64,000 nucleotides of DNA from Eledone cirrhosa (lineage: Eukaryota): the NCBI GenBank assembly GCA_964016885.1, contig OZ024744.1, forward strand, positions 7,998,001-8,062,000, in the 5' to 3' direction. Every line of letters begins with the position of its first letter. Within the stretch, counting starts at the first letter, position 1. Made by a program: the position numbers and the translations under genes. Below, piece after piece: positions 11,601 through 25,200 of the stretch. The notes beneath the pieces were generated by a model. The model was given only the letters and a program-made list of their open reading frames with translations. It was not told the DNA's origin and did not search any database.

Positions 11601-13269
11601 CACCATACTAGGGTGGTGGATTGGAAATATATGTAGAGGATGTGACACCACGTTAGGGTGGTAGATTGGTAGTATAGGAAGAGGGTGTGACAGCATACTA
11701 CGGTGTCGGATTGGTAGTATAGGTAGAGGGTCTAACACCACACTAGGGTGGTTGATTGGTAGTATAGGTAGAGGGTGTGACACCATACTAGGGTGGCAGA
11801 TTGGTAGTATTGGTAGAGGGTGTGATATACTAGGGTGGTGGATTGGTAGTATAAGTAGAGGGTGTGACACCATGTTAGGGTGGTGGATTGCCAGTATAGG
11901 TAGAGGGTCTGACACCATACTAGGGTGGTGGATTGCTAGTATAGGTAGAGGATGTGACACCATACTAGGGTGGTGGGTTGACGGTATAGGTAGAGGGTGT
12001 GACACCATACTAGGGTGGTGGATTGGTAGTATTGGTAGAGGGTCTGACACCATACTAGGGTGGTGGATTTGTAGTATAGGTAGAGGGTGTAACACCATAC
12101 TAGGGTCTAGGATTGACAGTATATGTAGAGGGTGTGACACCATACTAGGGTGGTAGATTGGTAGTATAGGTAGAGGGTGTGACACCATGGTAGGGTGGTA
12201 GATTGGTAGTATTAGTAAAGGGTGTGACACCATACTAGGTTGGTGGATTGGTAGTGTTAGTAGAGCGTGTGACACCATACTAGCATGGTGTATTGGTAGT
12301 ATAGGTAGAGGGTGTGACATCATACTAGGGTCTTGGATTGACAGTATATGTAGAGGGTGTGACACCATGTTAGGGTGGTAGATTGGTAGTATAGGTAGAG
12401 GTTGTGACACCATGTTAGGGTGGTAGATTAGTAGTATAGGTAGAGGGTGTGACACCATACTAGGGTGGTGGATTGGTAGTATTGTTAGAGGGTGTGACAC
12501 CATACGAGGGTGGTGGATTGGTAGTATAGGTAGAGGGTGTGATACCATACTAGGGTGGTGGATTGGTAGTATAGGTAGAGGGTGTGACACCATACTAGGG
12601 TGGTGGATTGGTAGTATTGGTAGGGGGTGTGACACCATACTAGGGTGGTGGATTGGTAGTATAGGTAGAGGGTGTGACACCATAATAGGGTGGTAGATTG
12701 GTAGTATAGGTAGAGGGTGTGAAACCATGGTAGGGTGGTAAATTGGTAGTATTAGTAGAGGGTGTGTCACCATAATAGGGTGGTGGATTGGTAGTATTGG
12801 TAGAGGGTGTGACACCATACTAGGGTGGTGGATTGGTAGTATTGGTAGAGGGTGTGACACTATACTAGGGTGGTGGTGTGACAATATATGTAGAGGGTGT
12901 GATACCATACTAGGGTGGTGTATTAACAGTATAGGTAGAGGGTGTGACACAATGTTAGGGTGGTAGATTGGTAGTATAGGTAGAGGGTGTGATACCATAC
13001 TAGGGTGGTGATTGACAGTATAGGTAGAGGGTGCGACACCATACTAGGGTGGTGGATTGGTAGTATTGGTAGAGGATGTGACATCATACTAGGGTGGTGG
13101 ATTGGTAGTATAGGTAGAGTGTGTGACCCCATGTTAGTGTGGTAGATTAGTAGTATAGGTAGGGGTGTGACACCATACTAGGGTGGTGGATTGGTAGTAT
13201 AGGTAGAGGGTGTGACACCATACTAGGGTGGTGGATTAACAGTATAGGTAGAGGGTGTGACACCATACT

Positions 13270-16200
13270 AGGGTGGTAGATTGGTAGTATAGGTAGAGGG
13301 TGTGAAACCATGTTAGAGTGGTGGATTGGGTGTATTGGTAGAGGCTGTGACACCATACTCGGGTGGTGGATTGGTAAAATAGGTAGAGGGTGTGAAACCA
13401 TACTAGGGTGGTGGATTGGTAGTAGTGGTAGAGGGTGTGACACCATACTAGGGTGGTAGATAGGTAGTATTGGTAGAGGGTGTGATACTAACCTAGGGTG
13501 GTGGATTGGTAGTATTGTTAGAGGGTGTGACACCATACTAGGGTGGTGGATTGACAGTATAGGTAGAGGGTGTGACACCATACTAGGGTGGTGGATTGAC
13601 AGTATTGGTAGAGGGTGTGACACCATACTAGGGTGGTAGATTGGTAGTATAGGTAGAGGGTGTGAAACCATGTTAGAGTGGTGGATTGGTAGTATTGATA
13701 GAGTGTGTGACACCATACTCGGGTGGTGGATTGGTAAAATAGGTAGAGGGTGTGACACCATACAAGAGTGGTAGATTGGTAGTGTAGGTAAAGGGTGTGA
13801 CACCATACTAGGGTGGTGGATTGGTAAAATAGGTAGAGGGTGTGACACCATGGTAGTGTGGTAGATTTCTAGTATTAGTAGAGGGTGTGACTCCATACTA
13901 GGGTGGTGGATTGGTAGTATTGGTAGAGGGTATGACACCATACTATGGTGGTGGTTTGGCATTATAGGTAGAGGGTTTGACACCATACTAGGGTGGTAGA
14001 TTGGTAGTATACGTAGAGGGTGTGACACTATACTAGGGTGGTGGATTGGTAGTAGTGGTAGAGGGTGTGAAATCATACTAGGGTGGTAGATAGGTAGTAT
14101 TGGTAGAGGGTGTGATACCAACCTAGGGTGGTGGATTGGTAGTATTGTTAGAGGGTGTGACACCATACTAGGGTGGTTGATATGTAGTATTGGTAGAGGG
14201 TGTGACACCATACTAGGGTGGTAGATTGGTAGTATAGGTAGAGGTTGTGACACCTACTAGAGTGGTGGATTAGTAGTATTGGTAGAGGGTGTGACACCAT
14301 ACTAGGGTGGTCTTTTGCTAGTATATGTAGAGGGTGTGACACCATACTAGGGTGGTAGATTGGTAGTATTGGTAGAGGATGTGACACCATACTAGGGTGG
14401 TGGATTGGCAATATAGGTAGAGGATGTGACACCATGTTAGGGTGGTAGATTGGTAGTATTGGTAGAGGGTGTGACACCATTGTAGGGTGGTAGATTGGTA
14501 GTATTGGTAGAGGGTGTGACACCATACTAGGGTGGTTGATTGGTAGTATAGGTAGAGGGTGTGACATCATACTAGGGTGGTAGATTGGTAGTATAGGTAG
14601 AGGGTGTGATACCATACTAGGGTGGTTGATTGACAGTATAGGTAGAGGGTGTGACACCATACTAGGGTGATGGATTGGTAGTATTGGTAGAGGATGTGAC
14701 ATCATATTAGGGTGGTGGATTGGTAGTATAGGTAGAGGGTGTGACACGATGTTAAGGTGGTAGATTAGTAGTATAGGTAGAGGGTGTGAGACCATACTAG
14801 GGTGGTGGATTGGTAGTATTGGTAGAGGGTGTGACACCATACTAGGGTGGTTGATTGGTAGTATTGGTAGAGGGGGTGACACCGTACTAGGGTGGTGGAT
14901 TGTTAGTATTGGTAGAGGGTGTTACACCATACTAGGGTGGTGGATTGGTAATATATGTAGAGGGTGTGACACCATACTAGGGTTGTGGATTGGTAGTATA
15001 GGTAGAGGGTGTGACACCATACTAGGGTGGTGGATTGGTAGTATTGATAGAGGGTGTGACACCATGTTAGTGTGGTGGATTGGTAGTATTGGTAGAGGGT
15101 GTGACACCATACTAGGGTGGTGGATTGGTAGTATAGGTAGAGGGTGTGACAGCATTCTAGGGTGGTGGATTGGTAGAATAGGTAGAGGGTCTGACACCAT
15201 GTTAGGGTGGTGGATTGTTAGTATTGGTAGAGGGTGTGACTACATGTTAGTGTGGTGGATTGATAGTATTGGTAGAGGGTGTGACACCATTGTAGGGTGG
15301 TAGATTGGTAGTACTGGTAGAGGGTGTGACATCATACTAGGGTGGTTGTTTGGTAGTATAGGTAGAGGGTGTGATACCATACTAGGGTGGTTGATTGACA
15401 GTATAGGTAGAGGGTGTGACACCATACTAGGGTGGTGGATTGGTAGTATTGGTAGAGGATGTGACATCATACTAGGGTGGTAGATTGGTAGTATAGGTAG
15501 AGGGTGTGAAACCATGTTAGAGTGGTGGATTGGGAGTATTGGTAGAGGGTGTGACACCATACTCGGGTGGTGGATTGGTAAAATAGGTAGAGGGTGTGAA
15601 ACCATACTAGGGTGGTGGATTGGTAGTAGTGGTAGAGGGTGTGACACCATACTATGGTGGTAGATAGGTAGTATTGGTAGAGGGTGTGATACCAACCTAG
15701 GGTGGTGGATTGGTAGTATTGTTAGAGGATGTGACACCATACTAGGGTGGTGGATTGACAGTATAGGTAGAGGGTGTGACACCATACTAGGGTGGTGGAT
15801 TGACAGTATTGGTAGAGAGTGTGACACCATACTAGGGTGGTAGATTGGTAGTATAGGTAGAGGGTGTGAAACCATGTTAGAGTGGTGGATTGGTAGTATT
15901 GATAGAGTGTGTGACACCATACACGGGTGGTGGATTGGTAAAATAGGTAGAGGGTGTGACACCATACTAGGGTGGTAGATTGGTAGTGTAGGTAAAGGGT
16001 GTGACACCATACTAGGGTGGTGGATTGGTAGTATAGGTAGAGGGTGTGACACCATACAAGGGTGGTAGATAGGTAGTATATGTAGAGGGTGTGACACCAT
16101 GGTAGTGTGGTAGATTGCTAGTATTAGTAGAGGGTGTGACTCCATACTATGGTGGTGGATTGGTAGTATTGGTAGAGGGTATGCCACCATACTAGGGTGG

Positions 16201-17150
16201 TGGATTGGCATTATAGGTAGAGGGTTTGACACCATACTAGGGTGGTAGATTGGTAGTATACGTAGAGGGTGTGACACTATACTAGGGTGGTGGATTGGTA
16301 GTAGTGGTAGAGGGTGTGACACCATACTAGGGTGGTAGATAGGTAGTATTGGTAGAGGGTGTGATACCAACCTAGGGTGGTGGATTGGTAGTATTGTTAG
16401 AGGGTGTGACACCATACTAGGGTGGTTGATAGGTAGTATTGGTAGAGGTTGTGACACCATACTAGGGTGGTAGATTGGTAGTATAGGTAGAGGGTGTGAC
16501 ACCTACTAGAGTGGTGGATTGGTAGTATTGGTAGAGGGTGTGACACCATGTTAGGGTGGTGGATTGGTAGTATTGTTAGAGGGTGTGACACCATACTAGG
16601 GTGGTCTTTTGCTAGTATATGTAGAGGGTGTGACACCATACTAGGGTGGTAGATTGGTAGTATTGGTAGAGGATGTGACACCATACTAGGGTGGTGGATT
16701 GGCAGTATAGGTAGAGGATGTGACACCATGTTAGGGTGGTAGATTGGTAGTATAGGTGGAGGGTGTGACAGCATACTAGGTTGGTGGATTGGTAGTATAG
16801 GTAGAGGCTGTGACACCATGTTAGGGTGGTGGATTGGTAGTATTGGTAGAGGGTGTGACACCATTGTAGGGTGGTAGATTGGTAGTATTGGTAGAGGGTG
16901 TGACACCATACTAGGGTGGTTGATTGGTAGTATAGGTAGAGGGTGTGACATCATACTAGGGTGGTAGATTGGTAGTATAGGTAGAGGGTGTGACACCATA
17001 CTAGGGTGATGGATTGGTAGTATTGGTAGAGGATGTAACATCATATTAGGGTGGTGGATTGGTAGCATAGGTAGAGGGTGTGGCACGATGTTAAGGTGGT
17101 AGATTAGTAGTATAGGTAGAGGGTATGAGACCATACTAGGGTGGTGGATT
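13270..17150. repeat. ~2.2-2.3 kb (49-51 monomer) higher-order duplication
   Basis: ACCTAGG variant at 13491/15695 and 14121/16370. Shared 1-bp deletion ACCTACTAGAG at 14252/16501. GGTCTTTTGCTAG at ~14309/~16603. Confidence 0.85.
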
Positions 17151-20100
17151 GGTAGTATAGGTAGAGGGTGTGACACCATACTAGGGTGGTGGATTGGTAG
17201 TATAGGTAGAGGGTGTGACACCATACTAGGGTGGTGGATTGGTAGTATTGGTAGAGGGTGTGACACCATGTTAGTGTGGTGGATTGGTAGTATTGGTAGA
17301 GGGTGTGACACCATACTAGGGTGGTGGATTGGTAGTATAAGTAGAGGGTATGACAGCATACTAGGGTGGTGGATTGGTAGAATAGGTAGAGGGTCTGACA
17401 CCATGTTAGGGTGGTGGATTGTTAGTATTGGTAGAGGGTGTGACACCATGTTAGGGTGGTGGATTGGTAGTATTAGTAGAGGGTGTGACACCATTGTATG
17501 GTGGTAGATTGGTAGTATTGGTAGAGGGTGTGACATCATACTAGGGTGGTTGATTGGTAGTATAGGTAGAGGGTGTGATACCATACTAGGCTGGTTGATT
17601 GACAGTATAGGTAGAGGGTGTGACACCACGTTAGGGTGGTAGATTAGTAGTATAGGTAGAGGGTATGACACCATACTAGGGTGGTGGATTGGTAGTATTG
17701 GTACAGGGTGTGACACCATACTAGGGTGGTAGATTGGTAGAATTGGTAGAGGGTGTGACACCATACGAGGGTGGTGGATTGGTAGTATACGTAGATGATG
17801 TGATACCATACTAGGGTGGTGGATTGGTAGTATAGGTAGAGTGTGTGACACCATACTAGTATGGTGGATTGGCAGTATAAGTAGAGGGTGTGACACCATA
17901 CTAGGGTTGTGGATTGGTAGTATTGGTAGAGGGTATGACACCATACTAGGGTGGTGGATTGACAGTATAGGTAGAGGGTTTGACACCATACTAGGGTGGT
18001 AGATTGGTAGTATAGGTAGAGGGTGTGACACCATACTAGGGTGGTGGATTGGTAGTATAGGTAGAGGGCGTGACACATTCTAGGGTGGTAGATTGGTAGT
18101 ATTGGTAGAGGGTGTAACACCATACTAGGGTGGTAGATAGGTAGTATTGGTAGAGGGTGTGATACCATACTAGGGTGGTGGATTGGTAGTATTGTTAGAG
18201 GGTGTGACACCATACTAGGATGGTAGATAGGTAGTATTGTTAGAGGGTGTGACACCATACTAGGGTGGTAGATTGGTAGTATAGGTAGAGAGTGTGACAC
18301 CATACTAGGGTGGTGGATGGCAGTATTGGTAGAGGGTGTGACACCATGTTAGGGTGGTGGATTGGTAGTATTGGTAAAGGGTGTGACACCATACTCGGGT
18401 GGTGGATTGGTAGTATAGGTAGAGGGTGTGACACCATACTAGGGTGGTAGATTGGTAGTATAAGTAGAGGGTGTGACACCATACTAGGGTGGTAGATTGG
18501 TAGTATAGGTAGAGGGTGTGACACCATACTAGGGTGCTGGATTGGTAGTATTGGTAGAGGGTGTGACACCATGTTAGGGTGGTGGATTGGTAGTATTGGT
18601 AGAGGGGGTGACACCATACTAGGGTGGTGGATTGGTCGTATAGGTAGAGGGTGTGACACCATACTAGGGTGGTGGATTGGTAGTATAGGTAGAGGGTGTG
18701 ACACCATACTAGGGTGGTGGATTGGTAGTATTGGTAGAGGATGTGACATCATACTAGGGTGGTGGATTGGTAGTATAGGTAGAGGATGTGACACCATGTT
18801 AGGGTGGTAGATTAGTAGTATAGGTAGAGGGTATGACACCATACTAGGGTGGTGGATGGTGGTATTGGTAGAGGGTGTGACACCATGTTAGGGTGGTGGA
18901 TTGGTAGTATTGGTAGAGGGTGTGACACCATACTAGGGTGGTGTATTTGTAGTATAGGTAGAGGGTGTGACACCATACTAGGGTGGTAGATTGGTAGTAT
19001 TGGTAGAGGATGTGACACCATACTAGGGTGGTGGATTGGCAGTATAGGTAGAGGATGTGACACCATGTTAGGGTGGTAGATTGGTAGTATAGGTAGAGGG
19101 TGTGACAGCATACTAGGGTGGTGGATTGGTAGTATAGGTAGAGGGTGTGACACCATTTTAGGGTGTTGGATTGGTAGTATTGGTAGAGGGTGTGACACCA
19201 TTGTAGGGTGGTAGATTGGTAGTATTAGTAGAGGGTGTAACACCATACTTGGGTGGTAGATTGGTAGTATTGGTAGAGGATGTGACACCATACTAGGGTG
19301 GTGGATTGGCAGTATAGGTAGAGGGTGTGACAACATGTTAGGGTGGTAGATTGGTAGTAGAGGTAGAGGGTGTGACATCATACCAGGGTGGTGGATTGGT
19401 AGTATAGGTAGAGGGTCTGACACCATGTTAGGGTGCTGGATTGGTAGTATTGGTAGAGGGTCTGAAACCATACTAGGGTCTTGGATTGACAGCATATGTA
19501 GAGGGTGTTACACCATGCTAGGGTGGTAGATTGGTAGTATAGGTAGAGGGTGTGAAACCTTGTTAGGGTGGTGGATTGGCAGTATTGGTAGAGGGTGTGA
19601 CACCATACTCGGGTGGTGGATTGGTAGTATAGGTAGAGGGTGTGACACCATACTGGGGTGGTAGATTGGTAGTATTGGTAGAGGGTGTGACACCATACTA
19701 GGGTGGTGGAGTGACAGTATAAGTAGTGGGTGTGACACCATACAAGGGTGTTAGATTGGTAGTATAGGTAAAGGGTGTGACACCATACTCGGGTGGTGGA
19801 TTGGTAGTATAGGTAGAGGGTGTGACACCATACTAGGGTGGTAGATTGGTAGTATAAGTAGAGGGTGTGACATCATACTAGGGTGGTTGATTGGTAGTAT
19901 AGGTAGAGGGTGTGATACCATACTAGGGTGGTTGATTGACAGTATAGGTAGAGGGTGTGACACCATACTAGGGTGGTGGATTGGTAGTATTGGTAGATGA
20001 TGTGACATCATACTAGGGTGGTGGATTGGTAGTATAGGTAGAGGATGTGACACTATGTTAGGTTGGTAGATTAGTAGTATAGGTAAAGGGTATGACACCA

Positions 20101-22299
20101 TACTAGGGTGGTGGATTGGTAGTATTGGTAGAGGGTGTGACACCATGTTAGTGTGGTGGATTGGTAGTATTGGTAGAGGGTGTGACACCATACTAGGGTG
20201 GTGGATTGTTAGTATAGGTAGAGGGTGTGACAGCATACTAGGGTGGGGGATTGGTAGAATAGGTAGAGGGTCTGACACCATGTTAGGGTGGTGGATTGTT
20301 AGTATTGGTAGAGGGTGTGACACCATGTTAGGGTGGTGGATTGGTAGTATTGGTAGAGGGTGTGACACCATTGTAGGGTGGTAGATTGGTAGTATTGGTA
20401 TAGGGTGTGACTTCATACTAGGGTGGTTGATTGGTAGTATAGGTAGAGGGTGTGATACCATACTAGGGTGGTTGATTGACAGTATAGGTAGAGGGTGTGA
20501 CACCATACTAGCGTGGTGGATTAGTAGTATTGGTAGAGGATGTGACATCATACTAGGGTGGTGGATTGGTAGTATAGGTAGAGGGTGTGACACCATGTTA
20601 GGGTGGTAGATTAGTAGTATAGGTAGAGGGTATGACACCATACTAGGGTGGTGGATTGGTAGTATTGGCAGAGGGTGTGACACCATGTGAGAGTGGTGGA
20701 TTGGTAGTATTGGTACAGGGTGTGACACCATACTAGGGTGGTAGATTGGTAGAATTGGTAGAGGGTGTGACACCATACGAGGGTGGTGGATTGATAGTAT
20801 ACGTAGATGATGTGATACCATACTAGGGTGGTGGATTGGTAGTATTGGTAGAGGGTGTGACACCATACTAAGGTGGTAGATTGGTAGTATAGGTAGAGGG
20901 TGTGACACCATACTAGGGTGTTGGATTGGTAGTATTGGTAGAGGGTGTGACACCATGTTAGGGTGGTGGATTGGTAGTATTGGTAGAGGGTGTGACACCA
21001 TACTAGGGTGGTGTACTTGTAGTATAGGTAGAGGGTGTGACACCATACTAGGGTGGTAGATTGGTAGTATTGGTAGAGGATGTGACACCATACTAGGGTG
21101 GTGGATTGGCAGTATAGGTAGAGGATGTGACACCATGTTAGGGTGGTAGATTGGTAGTATAGGTAGAGGGTGTGACAGCATACTAGGGTGGTGGATTGGT
21201 AGTATAGGTAGAGGGTGTGACACCATACTAGGGTGGTAGATTGGTAGTATTGGTAGAGGGTGTAACACCATACTAGGGTGGTTGATTGGTAGTATGGGTA
21301 GAGGGTGTGACACCATACTAGGGTGGTAGATTGGTAGTATTAGTAGAGGGTGTAACACCATACTTGGGTGGTAGATTGGTAGTATTGGTAGAGGATGTGA
21401 CACCATACGAGGGTGGTGGATTGGCAGTATAGGTAGAGGGTGTGACACCATGTTAGGGTGGTAGATTGGTAGTAGAGGTAGAGGGTGTGACATCATACTA
21501 GGGTGGTGGATTGGTAGTATAGGTAGAGGGTCTCACACCATGTTAGGGTGGTGGATTGGTAGTATTGGTAGAGGGTCTGAAACCATACTAGGGTCTTGGA
21601 TTGACAGCATATGTAGAGGGTGTGACACCATGCTAGGGTGGTAGATTGGTAGTATAGGTAGAGGGTGTGAAACCTTGTTAGGGTGGTGGATTGGCAGTAT
21701 TGGTAGAGGGTGTGACACCATACTCGGGTGGTGGATTGGTAGTATAGGTAGAGGGTGTGACACCATACTGGGGTGGTAGATTGGTAGTATTGGTAGAGGG
21801 TGTGACACCATACTAGGGTTGTGGAGTGACAGTATAAGTAGTGGGTGTGACACCATACAAGGGTGGTAGATTGGTAGTATAGGTAAAGGGTGTGACACCA
21901 TACTCGGGTGGTGGATTGGTAGTATAGGTAGAGGGTGTGACACCATACTAGGGTGGTAGATTGGTAGTATAAGTAGAGGGTGTGACACCATACTAGGGTG
22001 TTAGATTGGTAGTATAGGTAGAGGGTGTGACACCATACTAGGGTGCTGGATTGGTAGTATTGGTAGAGGGTGTGACACCATGTTAGGGTGGTGGATTGGT
22101 AGTATTGGTAGAGGGGGTGACACCATATTATGGTGGTGGATTGGTAGTATAGGTAGAGGGTGTGACACCATACTAGGGTGGTGGATTGGTAGTATTGGTA
22201 GAGGGTGTGACACCATGTTAGTGTGGTGGATTGGTAGTATTGGTAGAGGGTGTGACACCATACTAGGGTGGTGGATTGTTAGTATAGGTAGAGGGTGTG

Positions 22300-25200
22300 A
22301 CAGCATACTAGGGTGGTGGATTGGTAGAATAGGTAGCGGGTCTGACACCATGTTAGGGTGGTGGATTGGTAGTATTGGCAGAGGGTGTGACACCATGTTA
22401 GAGTGGTGGATTGGTAGTATTGGTAGAGGGTGTGACACCATGTTAGGGTGGTGGATTGGTAGTATTGGTAGAGGGGGTGACACCATACTAGGGTGGTGGA
22501 TTGGTAGTATAGGTAGAGGGTGTGACACCATGTTAGTGTGGTGGATTGGTAGTATTGGTAGAGGGTGTGACACCATACTAGGGTGGTGGATTGGTAGTAT
22601 AGGTAGAGGGTGTGACAGCATACTAGGGTGGTGGATTGGTAGTATAGGTAGAGGGTCTGACACCATGTTAGGGTGGTAGATTGTTAGTATTGGTAGAGGG
22701 TGTGACACCATGTTAGGGTGGTGGATTGGTAGTATTGGTAGAGGGTGTGACACCATTGTAGGGTGGTAGATTGGTAGTATTGGTAGAGGGTGTGACATCA
22801 TACTAGGGTGGTTGATTGGTAGTATAGGTAGAGGGTGTGATACCATACTAGGGTGGTTGATTGACAGTATAGGTAGAGGGTGTGACACCATACTAGGGTG
22901 GTGGATTGGTAGTATTGGTAGAGGGTGTGACACCATACTAGGGTGGTAGATAGGTAGTATTGGTAGAGGGTGTGACACCATACTAGGGTGGTGGATGGTA
23001 GTATTGGTAGAGGGTGTGACACCATACTAGGGTGGTGGATTGGCAGTATAGGTAGAGGATGTGACACCATGTTAGGGTGGTAGATTGGTAGTATAGGTAG
23101 AAGGTGTGACAGCATACTAGGGTGGTGGATTGGTAGTATAGGTAGAGAGTGTGACACCATGTTAGGGTGGTGGATTGGTAGTATTGGTAGAGGGTGTGAC
23201 ACCATTGTAGGGTGGTAGATTGGTAGTATTGGTAGAGGGTGTAACACCATACTAGGGTGGTTGATTGGTAGTATGGGTAGAGGGTGTGACACCATACTAG
23301 GGTGGTAGATTGGTAGTATTAGTAGAGGGTGTAACACCATACTTGGGTGGTAGATTGGTAGTATTGGTAGAGGATGTGACACCATACTAGGCTGGTGGAT
23401 TGGCAGTATAGGTAGAGGGTGTGACACCATGTTAGGGTGGTAGATTGGTAGTAGAGGTAGAGGGTGTGACATCATACTAGGGTGGTGGATTGGCAGTATA
23501 GGTAGAGGGTCTGACACCATGTTAGGGTGGTGGATTGGTAGTATTGGTAGAGGGTCTGAAACCATACTAGGTCTTTGATTGACAGCATATGTAGAGGGTG
23601 TGACACCATGCTAGGGTGGTAGATTGGTAGTATAGGTAGAGGGTGTGGAACCTTGTTAGGGTGGTGGATTGGCAGTATTGGTAGAGGGTGTGACACCATA
23701 CTCGGGTGGTGGATTGGTAGTATAGGTAGAGGGTATGACACCATACTGGGGTGGTAGATTGGTAGTATTGGTAGAGGGTGTGACACCATACTAGGGTGGT
23801 GGAGTGACAGTATAAGCAGTGGGTGTGACACCATACAAAGGTGGTAGATTGGTAGTATAGGTAAAGAGTGTGACACCATACTCGGGTGGTGGATTGGTAG
23901 TATAGGTAGAGGGTTTGACACCATACTAGGGTGGTAGATTGGTAGTATAAGTTAAGGGTGTGACACCATACTAGGGTGGTAGATTGGTAGTATAGGTAGA
24001 GGGTGTGACACCATACTAGGATGCTGGATTGGTAGTATTGGTAGAGGGTGTGACACCATGTTAGGGTGGTGGATTGGTAGTATTGGTAGAGGGGGTGACA
24101 CCATACTAGGGTGGTGGATTGGTAGTATAGGTAGAGGGTGTGACACCATGTTAGTGTGGTGGATTGGTAGTATTGGTAGAGGGTGTGACACCATACTAGG
24201 GTGGTGGATTGGTAGTATAGGTAGAGGGTGTGACAGCATACTAGGGTGGTGGATTGGTAGTATAGGTAGAGGGTCTGACACCATGTTAGTGTGGTAGATT
24301 GTTAGTATTGGTAGAGGGTGTGACACCATGTTAGGGTGGTGGATTGGTAGTATTGGTAGAGGGTGTGACACCATTGTAGGGTGGTAGATTGGTAGTATTG
24401 GTAGAGCGTGTGACATCATACTAGGGTGGTTGATTGGTAGTATAGGTAGAGGGTGTGATACCATACTAGGGTGGTTGATTGACAGTATAGGTAGAGGGTG
24501 TGACACCATACTAGGGTGGTGGATTGGAAGTATTGGTAGAGGGTGTGACACCATACTAGGGTGGTAGATAGGTAGTATTGGTAGAGGGTGTGACACCATA
24601 CTAGGGTGGTGGATGGTAGTATTGGTAGAGGGTGTGACACCATGTTAGGGTGGTGGATTGGTAGTATTGGTAGAAGGTGTGACACCATACTAGGGTGGTG
24701 TATTTGTAGTATAGCTAGAGGTTGTGACACCATACTAGGGTGGTAGATTGGTAGTATTGGTAGAGGATGTGACACCATACTAGGGTGGTGGATTGGCAGT
24801 ATAGGTAGAGGATGTGACACCATGTTATGGTGGTAGATTGGTAGTATAGGTAGAGGGTGTGACAGCATACTAGGGTGGTGGATTGGTAGTATTGGTAGAG
24901 GGTGTGACACCATGTTAGGGTGGTGGATTGGTAGTATTGGTAGAGGGTGTGACACCATTTAGGGTGGTAGATTGGTAGTATTGGTAGAGGGTGTAACACC
25001 ATACTAGGGTGGTTGATTGGTAGTATGGGTAGAGGGTGTGACACCATACTAGGATGGTAGATTGGTAGTATTAGTAGAGGATGTGACACCATACTTGGGT
25101 GGTAGATTGGTAGTATTGGTAGAGGATGTGACACCATACTAGGGTGGTGGATTGGCAGTATAGATAGAGGGTGTGACACCACGTTAGGGTGGTAGATTGG

